A program made the translations under genes and the position numbers. The notes beneath the pieces are model-generated. The model made no database searches and was not told the DNA's origin. It was given only the letters and a program-made list of their open reading frames with translations. A stretch of 64,000 nucleotides of DNA from a virus (lineage: Duplodnaviria > Caudoviricetes). The stretch covers positions 1-64,000 of IMG/VR virus record IMGVR_UViG_2840526738_000004; one strand, given 5' to 3'. How positions within the stretch are numbered: position 1 is the first letter of the stretch; every line of letters begins with the position of its first letter. Positions 54,017-64,000 of this stretch are shown one piece after another.

Positions 54017-54472
54017 ATGTTACAAAAACACCGTAATAAAGCTTCTATCCCTGATGGGTTATATTATCCAGCAGAGGATATGAAGAAGGGTACTGCTGTA
54101 ATTAGAAAGTTAGATACAGATAAAGGAACATTTGTATTTGCAAAACCTTCTACAGCAGATGAAGCAAAAAGTATTTATGGTTTTATCACTCGTGATATTC
54201 GTTATGATGACCATACAAAGAAATACTATGATACTTGTTTAGCTTCAGAACTTGCAACAGCTTATACAAGAGTTTCTGGGGAGTCATGGAAAACCACTGA
54301 ATTTGTTGAAGATTTAGCTGTTGGAGATTTATGTGCAGTTGGATTTGAATCTAATGATGCTGGTAAAGTTCGTAAAGCTAAAGCTGGTGAAACAGCAACT
54401 ATGATTGTATTACAAAAGACAGAAGCATTCCAAGGATACGAAGATCCTATGGTAACTGTCCAGTATTTATAG
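54017..54472 (+). CDS. Head decoration/cement protein (probable)
   Basis: Size and position between scaffold and capsid. Confidence 0.55.
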   Translation: MLQKHRNKASIPDGLYYPAEDMKKGTAVIRKLDTDKGTFVFAKPSTADEAKSIYGFITRDIRYDDHTKKYYDTCLASELATAYTRVSGESWKTTEFVEDLAVGDLCAVGFESNDAGKVRKAKAGETATMIVLQKTEAFQGYEDPMVTVQYL

Positions 54473-54482
54473 AGGTAAAATA

Positions 54483-55448
54483 ATGAAAAAAAGAACAAAA
54501 CTGATTAAAAAAGTTGTTAGTGTTGGTGACAAAGTACGCTTAGGAACCATTGACCAGAATGACGAAAAAATCGAAGCAGCAGAAGAAATTTTAAAAGAAA
54601 TCTTCGAGACAGAAGATGGGCGTACAGAATTAGCTACTGAAATTAAATCTTATATTGAGGATAAATATTACAAATTTAACTTCGCTGATTATGTTTTTGA
54701 AAAACGTAGATTTAAAGTAACTGATATTCCAACATTCAAAACGCATAAAAAGGGTATTATTGCATACAAGACAGCACCAGACTCTTATGTACCAAAAAGT
54801 GAAAACTATGAAACAGAATTCACAATGAATTTCGTTAACATGGGTGTTCGTCCTACTGCCCAGTTAATAGATTTAAAAACTGGTAGAATTTCTGCATTAT
54901 CAGAATTAATTAACGATGCTTATGAAGCAATGAACACATTAACAATTAAAGAAAGTCTTGATTGTTTGTCGCAGACTTTTAACGCAACAGTGAATAAAGA
55001 CAACTTTGTAGAAACTAACACTGTTAATAAAGCAGCTTTAGATAAGATGATTAATCGTGTACGTAAGAAAACGTTAAAACGCCCAACTATCATTGGTAAT
55101 TATGATTTATTAACTCAGATTGAGGCATTTCCTGAATATAAAGGAATGGAACCTGTATACAATGAAATCAGAAAGGATGGATTGTTAGGCATGTATCGTG
55201 GATGTAAATTGGTATATGTACCAGACATCGAGGATCCTGTAACACATAAACCTTTATTCCCAGAAGATAGAATTATGATTGTGTCTGAAAAGGTAGGATT
55301 CTTTGCTACACAGGGTGAAATGCAATCTGAACAGGAAAAAGATATCAATGATAACTCATGGAGTTGCCGTATTGACCAGCGTTATGGTTTGCTAGTAACT
55401 CATCCTGAAGGATTAGCTGTAATTAAAATTGTACCATCACAGGGCTAA
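54483..55448 (+). CDS. Major capsid protein
   Basis: HK97-like size, GLLGMYRGCKLV and C-terminal RYGL.V..PEG; followed by a terminator hairpin. Confidence 0.8.
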   Translation: MKKRTKLIKKVVSVGDKVRLGTIDQNDEKIEAAEEILKEIFETEDGRTELATEIKSYIEDKYYKFNFADYVFEKRRFKVTDIPTFKTHKKGIIAYKTAPDSYVPKSENYETEFTMNFVNMGVRPTAQLIDLKTGRISALSELINDAYEAMNTLTIKESLDCLSQTFNATVNKDNFVETNTVNKAALDKMINRVRKKTLKRPTIIGNYDLLTQIEAFPEYKGMEPVYNEIRKDGLLGMYRGCKLVYVPDIEDPVTHKPLFPEDRIMIVSEKVGFFATQGEMQSEQEKDINDNSWSCRIDQRYGLLVTHPEGLAVIKIVPSQG

Positions 55449-55496
55449 AGGGATATTCCCTTTAGTTCTTTTAAATAAGGAAAGGAAAAACAAACA

Positions 55497-58188
55497 TTGG
55501 AAAAGAATATTGTAACAATTAAAAACACTGGAATTACATCATTGATTTTGGATTTAACACCATATTGTTCAAAAATCATAGATTTAGAAGTTGGTAGCAT
55601 TGCTGGTGTAAAAGTAGAAGAATATGAGTATATGCTTGAAATATTCAAAAGTTTTTTTGAAAAAGGAAAATTATCAGTAATTAAAGCTCCAAAAAATGTT
55701 GAAATTATTAAGAATGATTTCAAATATGACGAAAAGAAAATAGATGAAATCGTGCAGATGACTCAGGCAAAATTTAAGACAGAAATTTCTAAAGTTGATG
55801 ATATTGAAGTATTAAGAATTATTTTAAAACATTCCATAGATGAAGGAAAAACAGAAAAATTCCTTAAAATTATTGAAACTAGAATTGACGAGTTAAAAAC
55901 AGAAGATGTAGCTATTGCTTCTTCATTTTAGAGGTGCTTATGACTACATTTGATGAAATAGCTTTGAATTTGTCTGTTAAGATACCAGACGATGCAAAAG
56001 AAGTCATCAAAAAGGATAACTTACGTATTTATTATGGTTTAACGAGAATGTATACAGTATTAGGTATCAAAGATAAGGATATTCATTATGATGAAGAAAC
56101 CAACACAGGATATTGTGAACGTGACTTGTCATATGCTGAAATTCATTTAGCTTCCCTGTATGCTTATGAGTCATACTTGGAAATGAAAGAGCTTGAATAT
56201 ACAGAGGATATCATGGGTATCAAAACGATTACATTTGAGATTAAATCATTAGATAAGAAACCTGATGCAATTAATAATATGCTGTATCAATTAAGGCGCT
56301 GGATAAGCGAAGATATTAAACGAGCAACTGGTTCTGCCGTTGTCGTTGGAAAGGCTTGGGAGATGAAATCATGACAAAAGACGAATTGTATAAAGAAGCA
56401 GTGGATATCCTTCCTCTGTTAGAACTTGTTGTAAAAGACAAAGACCAGTACAAATTGATTCGTAAGCGAATCTTAGATTTAGCTAACGATATCAAACGTA
56501 GTGATACAGATGGCATTTAGACCTGAACAAATATCAAAAGCACTTGCTAAGGCTGGTAAGACTTATGATGAGGTAATGCAAACGCCTGAAATAGCCTTTG
56601 ACATCCGAATAGATGGTGTCATGACTAGAGGGCAAGTCAAGGACAATGAAAGACTGAATACCTCCAAGGAACAGTACACAAAGACACTTACTTGTGGTAA
56701 GAAAACAGATGTAAAAAGAGGAAGTTATGTAGAAATACAAAGAAACTCTGGTGACACTGAATTATCGCAAAAAGGTATCGTGATTACTGAACCTAACGAA
56801 ACCCCTATAGACAAGTATTTTACAGCATTATTATTCAATACAGAGGTTACTAGATATAGATACAAGACAAAATACAATGAAATTGGCGACATCATAGGAA
56901 AAGATATAGAGAAACAGGATACAATCCCCTGCTTTGTACAAAAGATTACAAGAAGCGAAAGAATGCTTGATAGTGGCATTGAGCGTGATAGCGTGAATGA
57001 ATTAACGACACTAAAGAAATGGGATATCAAAGTTGATGATGTTCTACAAATTGGTGAACAAAAGTACAAAGTAAATGATTTCAATGAAATTGATAAGGAT
57101 GTATGTATCTGCTATATGACATTCTATAGAGCATAATGGCTGAATATCAACTAATGGAGTTCGATGAAGAACTCTTTTTACATGACCTATTGGATGGTCT
57201 AGATCATGCTATGATAAACGCAATTCAAGTTGTATTTGGAAGTCATCCTTATTTTGATGGCAATTCAGAAAAAACACAAACAATGAGTGGAATTGAATAT
57301 GATATCCACTCAACAGATTTCAAGGCATGGATACTTGAATATGGCAAAGGTAAATACCTAGATGAAAGCAATCCATATCTTGATGAATATAAGAATTCTT
57401 TATACTGGAATTCAAAACGTGAATCACACGGAAACGCAATCTTATACAGAGGGAATGGTGTGAATTACTCACAGCTTGATTATCAATCTGGTAGTGGAAC
57501 TTATGAAGCTACTGGTGTTGGAAATCCAGACTTGGAAGTTCCTGACTGGGCGCAAGGTGTTAGACCTTCCCCATTTATTGACAAACTTTTGAAACAAGTT
57601 TGGACATTATTCAAGACAGATAGTATTGAGATTATACGGAAAATGGAAGATGCCGCTGACAACTATTTCAGACCTAGTTCTTCTAATACATTAAGGTAGG
57701 TGTTCATTATAGTAGACTTTAGAGATATATTCGTAAAAACTTTTGTGGCATTAGCCAACGACAGCGAGCTTATAAAGCTTTTAGATATTGATTTAGCGGA
57801 AGTGACAGATAGCAATGAACGCATGGGTAAGATACGAGAGCAAATAAAGGAATCTATAAAACCTAACGACATCTTGAATAACAATAACACACGGTTATGC
57901 ATACATCCCGAAACTGGTGAATGGCAACCTAGTAGACAGGTAATCAAATACCTTGCTGTAGATGTACATATCACTAATGACCGTGACGAGATTGATAGAC
58001 GTGCTAATAAGATTGTAAAAAGAATTATCGAAGTGTTGGATACACGTGAACGAAAATTGCATAATTTGAAGCCATTAGAAATTGGACTAATCGGCTTGCA
58101 ATACAAAAAAGATTCAGCAGAAGAATCACAAAGCAGCGGATGGCAGAAATATTCCGTTGTTTTTGAATATAGATTTTTGAAATTATAG
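55497..58188 (+). CDS. Head-tail joining/neck/tail completion genes (55497-55931, 55934-56374, 56501-57136, 57136-57699, 57700-58188)
   Basis: Canonical siphovirus order between capsid and tail tube. Confidence 0.65.
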
Positions 58189-58199
58189 GAGGAAAATTA

Positions 58200-58940
58200 A
58201 TGTCAAAATACAGATTTGGAGTATGTGACGTTATCTTACGAGAATTGATTGATAGAAGCAATGTACATATCTTTAACGAATTGCAGAAAGCTGCATTTGA
58301 ATCTTCATTCTCAGCCGAAAATGTTACTGGTGGTAACCGTATGTTCCCACTTACATCATGGCCAAAGGATAAATCAGTTAAATTAACGTTTGATAATGCA
58401 GCATGCGATGTAAATATGATTCACTTAACCGAAGGTGCAATCACATCAAAGGCTTCAAAAACATTGATGAAGATTATGGAAGTATTAATCCCAACAGACG
58501 GTGTTATTACTTTAGATGAAGTACCAACGGAAGTATTAGTTGAAGGCTTTAAAGTAGCAACATCTGATACACCAGCTAAGGGTGAATTTAAATTAGGTAC
58601 AGCTGATAAAACAGTTACATTCGCACCAGCTGATGCGGGTACAAGCGTTAAATTAGTGTACTCTTACAACTCAGGTGCAGATTCAGTTACTAACACTATT
58701 ACTGAAGGTACAAAAGGTGTTCCATTTGAAGCATTTATTAACGAGAATATTTACAACGAAAACAACGAAGTAGTTGGTACTCACAATATTCACGTATACA
58801 AAATGCAGTGTACTACTGGTACAAAGATTGATACATCTCACCAGACACCAACAGTAGAAAGTTTTGAAGCAGAAGCACGTGACCCTAAACGTACAGATAA
58901 AGCGTTATGGGAAGAAACTTACGACTGGTTCACAAAATAA
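58200..58940 (+). CDS. Major tail tube protein
   Basis: Position, beta-rich composition, terminator at about 58947-58980. Confidence 0.75.
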   Translation: MSKYRFGVCDVILRELIDRSNVHIFNELQKAAFESSFSAENVTGGNRMFPLTSWPKDKSVKLTFDNAACDVNMIHLTEGAITSKASKTLMKIMEVLIPTDGVITLDEVPTEVLVEGFKVATSDTPAKGEFKLGTADKTVTFAPADAGTSVKLVYSYNSGADSVTNTITEGTKGVPFEAFINENIYNENNEVVGTHNIHVYKMQCTTGTKIDTSHQTPTVESFEAEARDPKRTDKALWEETYDWFTK

Positions 58941-58994
58941 CAACAATGCCAACACCCATATGGGATTGTTGGCTTTTTTATTTATGGAGGACTT

Positions 58995-59669
58995 ATGGTA
59001 AAAGGACAAGAATTAGAATTAGCTGTAGGTAAACCAATATTGATATTTGATTTTGCTGATGACAAAGAAGGTAGATTGTGTAAACCATTGACTTTAGAAA
59101 ATTTAGGACTAGGAAAAATTCATTTAGCGGCCATTGATCAAGAAGATATGCAAGCTAATTTCAATGATGAACATAAATTTGAAGCTTTAATGAGTTTACT
59201 TCAAATGACGATTATAACCGATGATAAAGATGATTTTACTTACATGGTTCAATCTATCGGTGATGATATGTTCCCTGAATTAATCAAAGATATCAAATAT
59301 ATTAGCGGTTTAAAGGAAGAAAGTGATAGTGGGAAATCCTCTTTAAATGAAAATCTTCCTATTACAAACAATCAATCTATTACAGCAATAATTACACACA
59401 CATCATACAAGTATGAAGATATCATGAATTTAACGCTTAGACAATACAAAAGCCTAGTTAGATACATAGAAAAAGAACTTTCATTTGAATATAAGTATTC
59501 AACTATTTTCTCTGCTAAAGATCCACAAGAATATCTCACACCAGAAGATTTCCCATTGGTTGATACATATACAGATACACAAGAAGAAGATGATGAACCA
59601 CACCGTACTACAATTGACGATTTAATTAAACGTGGTGTGCAAATTCCAGAAGGAGTTTTAAATAGATAA
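58995..59669 (+). CDS. Tail assembly chaperone (G and T parts in one frame)
   Basis: Between tail tube and TMP; the C-terminal half has a T-like YEDIMNLTLRQY motif. Confidence 0.7.
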   Translation: MVKGQELELAVGKPILIFDFADDKEGRLCKPLTLENLGLGKIHLAAIDQEDMQANFNDEHKFEALMSLLQMTIITDDKDDFTYMVQSIGDDMFPELIKDIKYISGLKEESDSGKSSLNENLPITNNQSITAIITHTSYKYEDIMNLTLRQYKSLVRYIEKELSFEYKYSTIFSAKDPQEYLTPEDFPLVDTYTDTQEEDDEPHRTTIDDLIKRGVQIPEGVLNR

Positions 59670-62600
59670 ATGGATGATTCCGTAAAAAGACAAATGCACG
59701 TGGGTGTCGGACTTGATGTTACCGATGCCCAAGGTGGATTAGATTCTGTAAAACAGAAAGTAAATGATATAAACAGTTCTATTCAAGAACTCGCAAGAAG
59801 TGCTAGTGAAGCTGAAAAGACTGTCGGTAACTTATCTAAAGGATTAAACAATAGTACTAACAATACATCATCCGCCGATAAAGCTACTAAAGATTTTGTA
59901 AAAACATTAAAGAATGAAGTACTGGCTGGACAAAAAACTGCTACTCAGGCATTCCAAGAGTTAGAAAAAGAAAAACAAAGATTAACTAAGATACTTGAAA
60001 GTGACTCATTTGATAAGAATAAAGATGCTGAAAATTATAAGAGTTTGGTTAGTGAATTAGCTAGTATCAATAAACAATTGAATGCCAGTATGGTAGCTGA
60101 ACAAAAAGCAGCTGAAACACAGAAACGTGCTGAGGTAAAAAAGACTACAGCTGAAATAAAGGCTAATTACAAGGAAATAGAAACAGCTGGTAAACAGTTA
60201 ACAACTAATCTTAACGCCTCATTCAAAGCTGTAAATACTGCTTATGCTTCTAATAACAAACTTGGAAATACAATGTTTAATACAGCTATGCAAGTGTCTG
60301 GTGTTAGACAGTTAGCAAGTGAAATTCAAAATTTAGGAACTGCGCTTGTTGATATTAACTACAACACAATCAATAATCAACGTTTAATGGGAGATTTCTC
60401 TACTTCCCTACGTGATAAGTTGAATGCTAGTGCGGTTGAGATTGCTAAGAATTCTGGAACATTGATTACTGATGCACAACAAATTGAGGGCGCATGGATT
60501 CGTATCAATGACCAGTATGCTAAGTCACCTAAATTGTTATCAGATATTTCAGACACAACATCTAAATTCATGTCTGTAGGTGAAATTACTGATGCTGAAA
60601 GTGCGGTTAAGTTGTTGAATTCTTCCCTACTTCAATTTAATTTAGCTGGTTCTGACGCTGCTAAAAACGCCGAAACTATAGCTAATAAGTTTGCATATAT
60701 GGCTGATAAGACTGCAATGGGAACAGCTGATGAATATGCAGAGTCTATTGCCAAGATGGGCGCTAATATCAGAAACATGAATGGTGACATTGATGATGCC
60801 ATCGTAATGACTTCTATCATTGGTGACAAGCTTGCTAAAAATGGACAAGAGGCTGGCAATGCATTAAATACATTTACAGCTTATATGCAACGTGCCAAGA
60901 CATTGAATCTGTTTGATGATTTGGCTGACCAGTTAGGTGATACTAATATTCGTATTCGTGAAGGCGATAAAGGACTAAAAGACTTTAAAGGTACATTAGA
61001 AGCTATTAGTTCTGCTTACTCACAATTAAAATCTCAGGGTGACCAGCAAGGAATGAATAAGATCATTGAGGCTTTGGGTGCAACACGTCAACGTGCAACT
61101 GCTCAGGCTTTATTGGATGCCATTTCATCTGATGACGGTCAAAACCTTGAATATTATTATCAGTTATTGACACAAGCTACAGCTCAAGGTTCATACTTAG
61201 AACAACAGAATGAAGTATTGATGACATCATTGAAGAAACAATTCAATGTGTTTGTTGCTTCTATTCAAGAGGCTGGCATGGCTTGGGGAAATTCAGGTAT
61301 CCTTGATGGTGCTTCAATATTCCTGAAAGGTATTAATGGAATTGTTGAAGTTATAGGTAAAATACCAGCACCTATTATGAGTGCAGTAAGTGCATTCTTG
61401 GCATTAAAAGGTGGCTTACTTGCATTTGAAAAGATTGGTGACATCACTGGTTTAACTGATAGATTCACTCAGGCAATGAATGGTGGAACTAAAGCTAGTC
61501 GTGATGTTGCAGAAGCTACCGCTAAGACCACTCAGGCGTTCATTTCTGAACAGCAAATGATGTTCTCTAGTGCAAGTGCTAGTGATAAGTTAACAGCTTC
61601 ATATCAAGCGCAATACACTGCTCTGAATGACTTTAAAGCTTCAATGATTGAGCATAACAAAGCATATGCTGAAGGTGCAATATCTGCTGCTGAATATAAT
61701 GCTCGTGTTCAGGAGTCAACAAATGCTTATCGTAATAGTATGCAATATGGACAAATGGCAGCCACTACAGATAGTGAAGTTGCAAATGCTAAGAAACGTG
61801 TTGCATCAGCCATAAAAGAACAGAATGTTGCTGAGAATTTAAGCAATAGAACTAAGAAAGAAAAAATCGGATTGCTTGCTTCTGAGAAAGTTCAGGAAAT
61901 GGCAAACAATGGTTATAGAAAAATAGGAACCGATTCCCAAAAGGCTCGAAATATAGCAGATACGCTTTACAACAAATTACAAAAAGCTCGCCTAATTTTA
62001 ACTGGACAAACTGCAACATCTGAAACTGTTGATACAGCAGCGAAAACTGCTGGAACTGTAGCTACTGGTGTGTTAACAGCTGCTACAACTGCCCTTGGTG
62101 TTGCCTTAAATTTCTTATTATCCCCTATGGTTCTGATCTCAACTGCAATTGCTGGCATATCATGGTTGATGGGACAAAGCTCTGCTAAGACACAAGAATT
62201 ACAAGAAGATATAGATAATCTTACAACTACTGTAAATGAGTCTAGAGAACGTATTGCTGAATTAAAAGACCAGCAACAGCGTTCAGGTTTAAGTGGCTAT
62301 GAAGAACAAGAGTTAGACTATCTGCAAAAGAAAGTAGACCTTGAAGAGCAATCACTTAAAATCAAACAACAGGAAAAGAATGCTGACGATTGGTTCGGTA
62401 ATCATCATACTTTAGGTAATCCTTTTGGTTTAGGTGGTTCTAATAACTTATCAGAAGATGTTAAAGATTCAATTACAGATTTCAAAGAAGCAAAAAACAC
62501 TTTAGAAGATTGGGCAAAATATGCTGATGCAAGCGGTAAATCAATTGAAGAGCTAGGCACTGGTTTAAAAACTGCTACTGAGTATACAGAAGAAATGAAT

Positions 62601-64000
62601 TCCGCTGCTGCTGAATTAGTTCAGTATCGTTCACAATTAGAAGGTGCTATTGATAGTGGCATGTTCAATACAAAAGATACAGAACAAGCAAAAGAATTAT
62701 TAAATACTATTGATGAATTATATCCAGAAATCGAAAAAACAGTTAACTCAACAAAAGATTTAAACGAGGCTACCACTTCAATTGATACAGAAGGATTCAA
62801 AACATTAACTGAGGATTTAAAAAAATCACGCCAACAATTAGAAGGTGTAAATTCAGATATCTTAGAACTGACTAAGGGTAATGTTACAGCTGATTATTTA
62901 TTAGATTTAACTGACAAATATGAAGGTTTTTCTGAGGTTGCCAGTAAATCAACAAAAGAACAGATTGAATTCTTACGTAATTACCAGAGTGAGTTAGAAC
63001 AAACTGTAGCTTCTTCTATTGATTCTAAGATTGATGAATTAAATAAGACCAAGGAAGCCTTAGAAAACAAATTGCAAAGCCTGAAAGACCAGAAACTTGG
63101 AATGGATGACTCAGAGGTTTTAAAAGCAACTGAAAGTTTACGTGAATGCGAGAATGAGTTGCAACAGTTAGAACTTCAAAAAGATATTCAATTGAATATT
63201 AGTTTGAACAATGCATTAGATTTTTCTAGTTTTGTTAATTCAATGGATGAACTTGTTAACTCAACTAAAGATTTAACACAGGCACAATATGACTTGCAGA
63301 ATGGTACAGCTTTAAGCCAGCAAGAATTATGGAACTTATGTCAAACATATCCTGAATTATTGTATCAAGCTAATCTTTTTGCTGATGGTTCAGTAAGCGC
63401 TCAGGAAAGTGCTATCAATGCTGTCCTTGGGATGAAACAGCAAGAGTTCGATTCTACTATTGACCAGAAGATTGCCGAATTACAAGCAGAAAAGACAAAA
63501 CTTGAAAATCAAATTGATATTGAAGGTCAACAGAAACAGATTTTATTAGATTTAGATGCTGATGAAGCCAATGGCAAGATTAATACTGAACAACAGTTAC
63601 AAGATAAATTGACTCAATTCAATAATCTTGAAATGGAGAAATACGCCCAAAAGACCAATGATGAATCTAATATGTCACAAACTGGTGCGCAAAATATGGT
63701 TAATAGCGCAGATCAAGCTAGTTTGAATATATCTAGTATGGCAGTTAGTGTTGGTAACCAGATTATGACTGCTATAGACCAAGGCGCAAGCAGTGGTGCA
63801 AACTCTTTGGCTACAAATGCAAATAGTGGACAAATATCATTATCTGCATTAGCTTCACAGGCTCATGCAACTGCTGAGGCAATTCAAGGTGCATTCCAAG
63901 GTGAAGTTAGAGGTAGTGCCAGTATTCGAGGAATGGTTGATTTTGGTAAAAGTTTAGCTGGTGCCATTAGTCAATCATATAGGTCTATTCAAAACGGATA
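59670..64000 (+). CDS. Tape measure protein (partial, runs off the window; absent from ORF track)
   Basis: ATG at 59670 after AGGAG; frame apparently open to the end, Ala/Glu/Thr-rich with a TP901-like core. Confidence 0.9.
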   Translation, partial: MDDSVKRQMHVGVGLDVTDAQGGLDSVKQKVNDINSSIQELARSASEAEKTVGNLSKGLNNSTNNTSSADKATKDFVKTLKNEVLAGQKTATQAFQELEKEKQRLTKILESDSFDKNKDAENYKSLVSELASINKQLNASMVAEQKAAETQKRAEVKKTTAEIKANYKEIETAGKQLTTNLNASFKAVNTAYASNNKLGNTMFNTAMQVSGVRQLASEIQNLGTALVDINYNTINNQRLMGDFSTSLRDKLNASAVEIAKNSGTLITDAQQIEGAWIRINDQYAKSPKLLSDISDTTSKFMSVGEITDAESAVKLLNSSLLQFNLAGSDAAKNAETIANKFAYMADKTAMGTADEYAESIAKMGANIRNMNGDIDDAIVMTSIIGDKLAKNGQEAGNALNTFTAYMQRAKTLNLFDDLADQLGDTNIRIREGDKGLKDFKGTLEAISSAYSQLKSQGDQQGMNKIIEALGATRQRATAQALLDAISSDDGQNLEYYYQLLTQATAQGSYLEQQNEVLMTSLKKQFNVFVASIQEAGMAWGNSGILDGASIFLKGINGIVEVIGKIPAPIMSAVSAFLALKGGLLAFEKIGDITGLTDRFTQAMNGGTKASRDVAEATAKTTQAFISEQQMMFSSASASDKLTASYQAQYTALNDFKASMIEHNKAYAEGAISAAEYNARVQESTNAYRNSMQYGQMAATTDSEVANAKKRVASAIKEQNVAENLSNRTKKEKIGLLASEKVQEMANNGYRKIGTDSQKARNIADTLYNKLQKARLILTGQTATSETVDTAAKTAGTVATGVLTAATTALGVALNFLLSPMVLISTAIAGISWLMGQSSAKTQELQEDIDNLTTTVNESRERIAELKDQQQRSGLSGYEEQELDYLQKKVDLEEQSLKIKQQEKNADDWFGNHHTLGNPFGLGGSNNLSEDVKDSITDFKEAKNTLEDWAKYADASGKSIEELGTGLKTATEYTEEMNSAAAELVQYRSQLEGAIDSGMFNTKDTEQAKELLNTIDELYPEIEKTVNSTKDLNEATTSIDTEGFKTLTEDLKKSRQQLEGVNSDILELTKGNVTADYLLDLTDKYEGFSEVASKSTKEQIEFLRNYQSELEQTVASSIDSKIDELNKTKEALENKLQSLKDQKLGMDDSEVLKATESLRECENELQQLELQKDIQLNISLNNALDFSSFVNSMDELVNSTKDLTQAQYDLQNGTALSQQELWNLCQTYPELLYQANLFADGSVSAQESAINAVLGMKQQEFDSTIDQKIAELQAEKTKLENQIDIEGQQKQILLDLDADEANGKINTEQQLQDKLTQFNNLEMEKYAQKTNDESNMSQTGAQNMVNSADQASLNISSMAVSVGNQIMTAIDQGASSGANSLATNANSGQISLSALASQAHATAEAIQGAFQGEVRGSASIRGMVDFGKSLAGAISQSYRSIQNG

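Noticed and set aside
60377-62158. Minus-strand ORFs in the track
   Set aside because: Antisense shadows of the tape measure gene.
1-64000. tRNA, rRNA or IS elements
   Set aside because: No cloverleaf, rRNA or transposase signatures were recognised by eye.

Overview
The window is 64 kb of a large, AT-rich temperate siphovirus or prophage with an SPbeta-like layout; a low-GC Bacillota host is inferred. Bases 74-42165 are almost entirely minus strand: integrase/excisionase, a cluster of small anti-defence-like genes, PAPS-reductase/methyltransferase, RecU, DnaE, RNA ligase, nuclease, primase, helicase, recombination genes, antirepressors and many small early genes. Bases 42170-46600 form a divergent control region with a ~560-nt structured leader, an XRE repressor, a 2-kb non-coding pac/ori-like tract and a second recombinase. 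Bases 46752-64000 are a plus-strand late operon: terminase with a group I intron, portal, capsid, tail and a partial tape measure. Most unusual observations: (1) dnaE is intact except for a 6-nt in-frame CCC-TGA insert in the conserved FN(R/K)-(S/G)H motif, a candidate ribosomal hop or other recoding event; (2) a long GNRA-rich leader RNA heads a 42-kb arm containing related AGGG..CCCT terminators; (3) a catalytically degenerate tyrosine recombinase is flanked by two 28-bp dif-like repeats; (4) four adjacent sponge-like anti-defence genes, including a tandem Tad2; (5) two unannotated type I toxin-like modules; (6) an apparently inverted G/GT tail-chaperone arrangement. Family assignments come from motif recognition and memory, not database searches.
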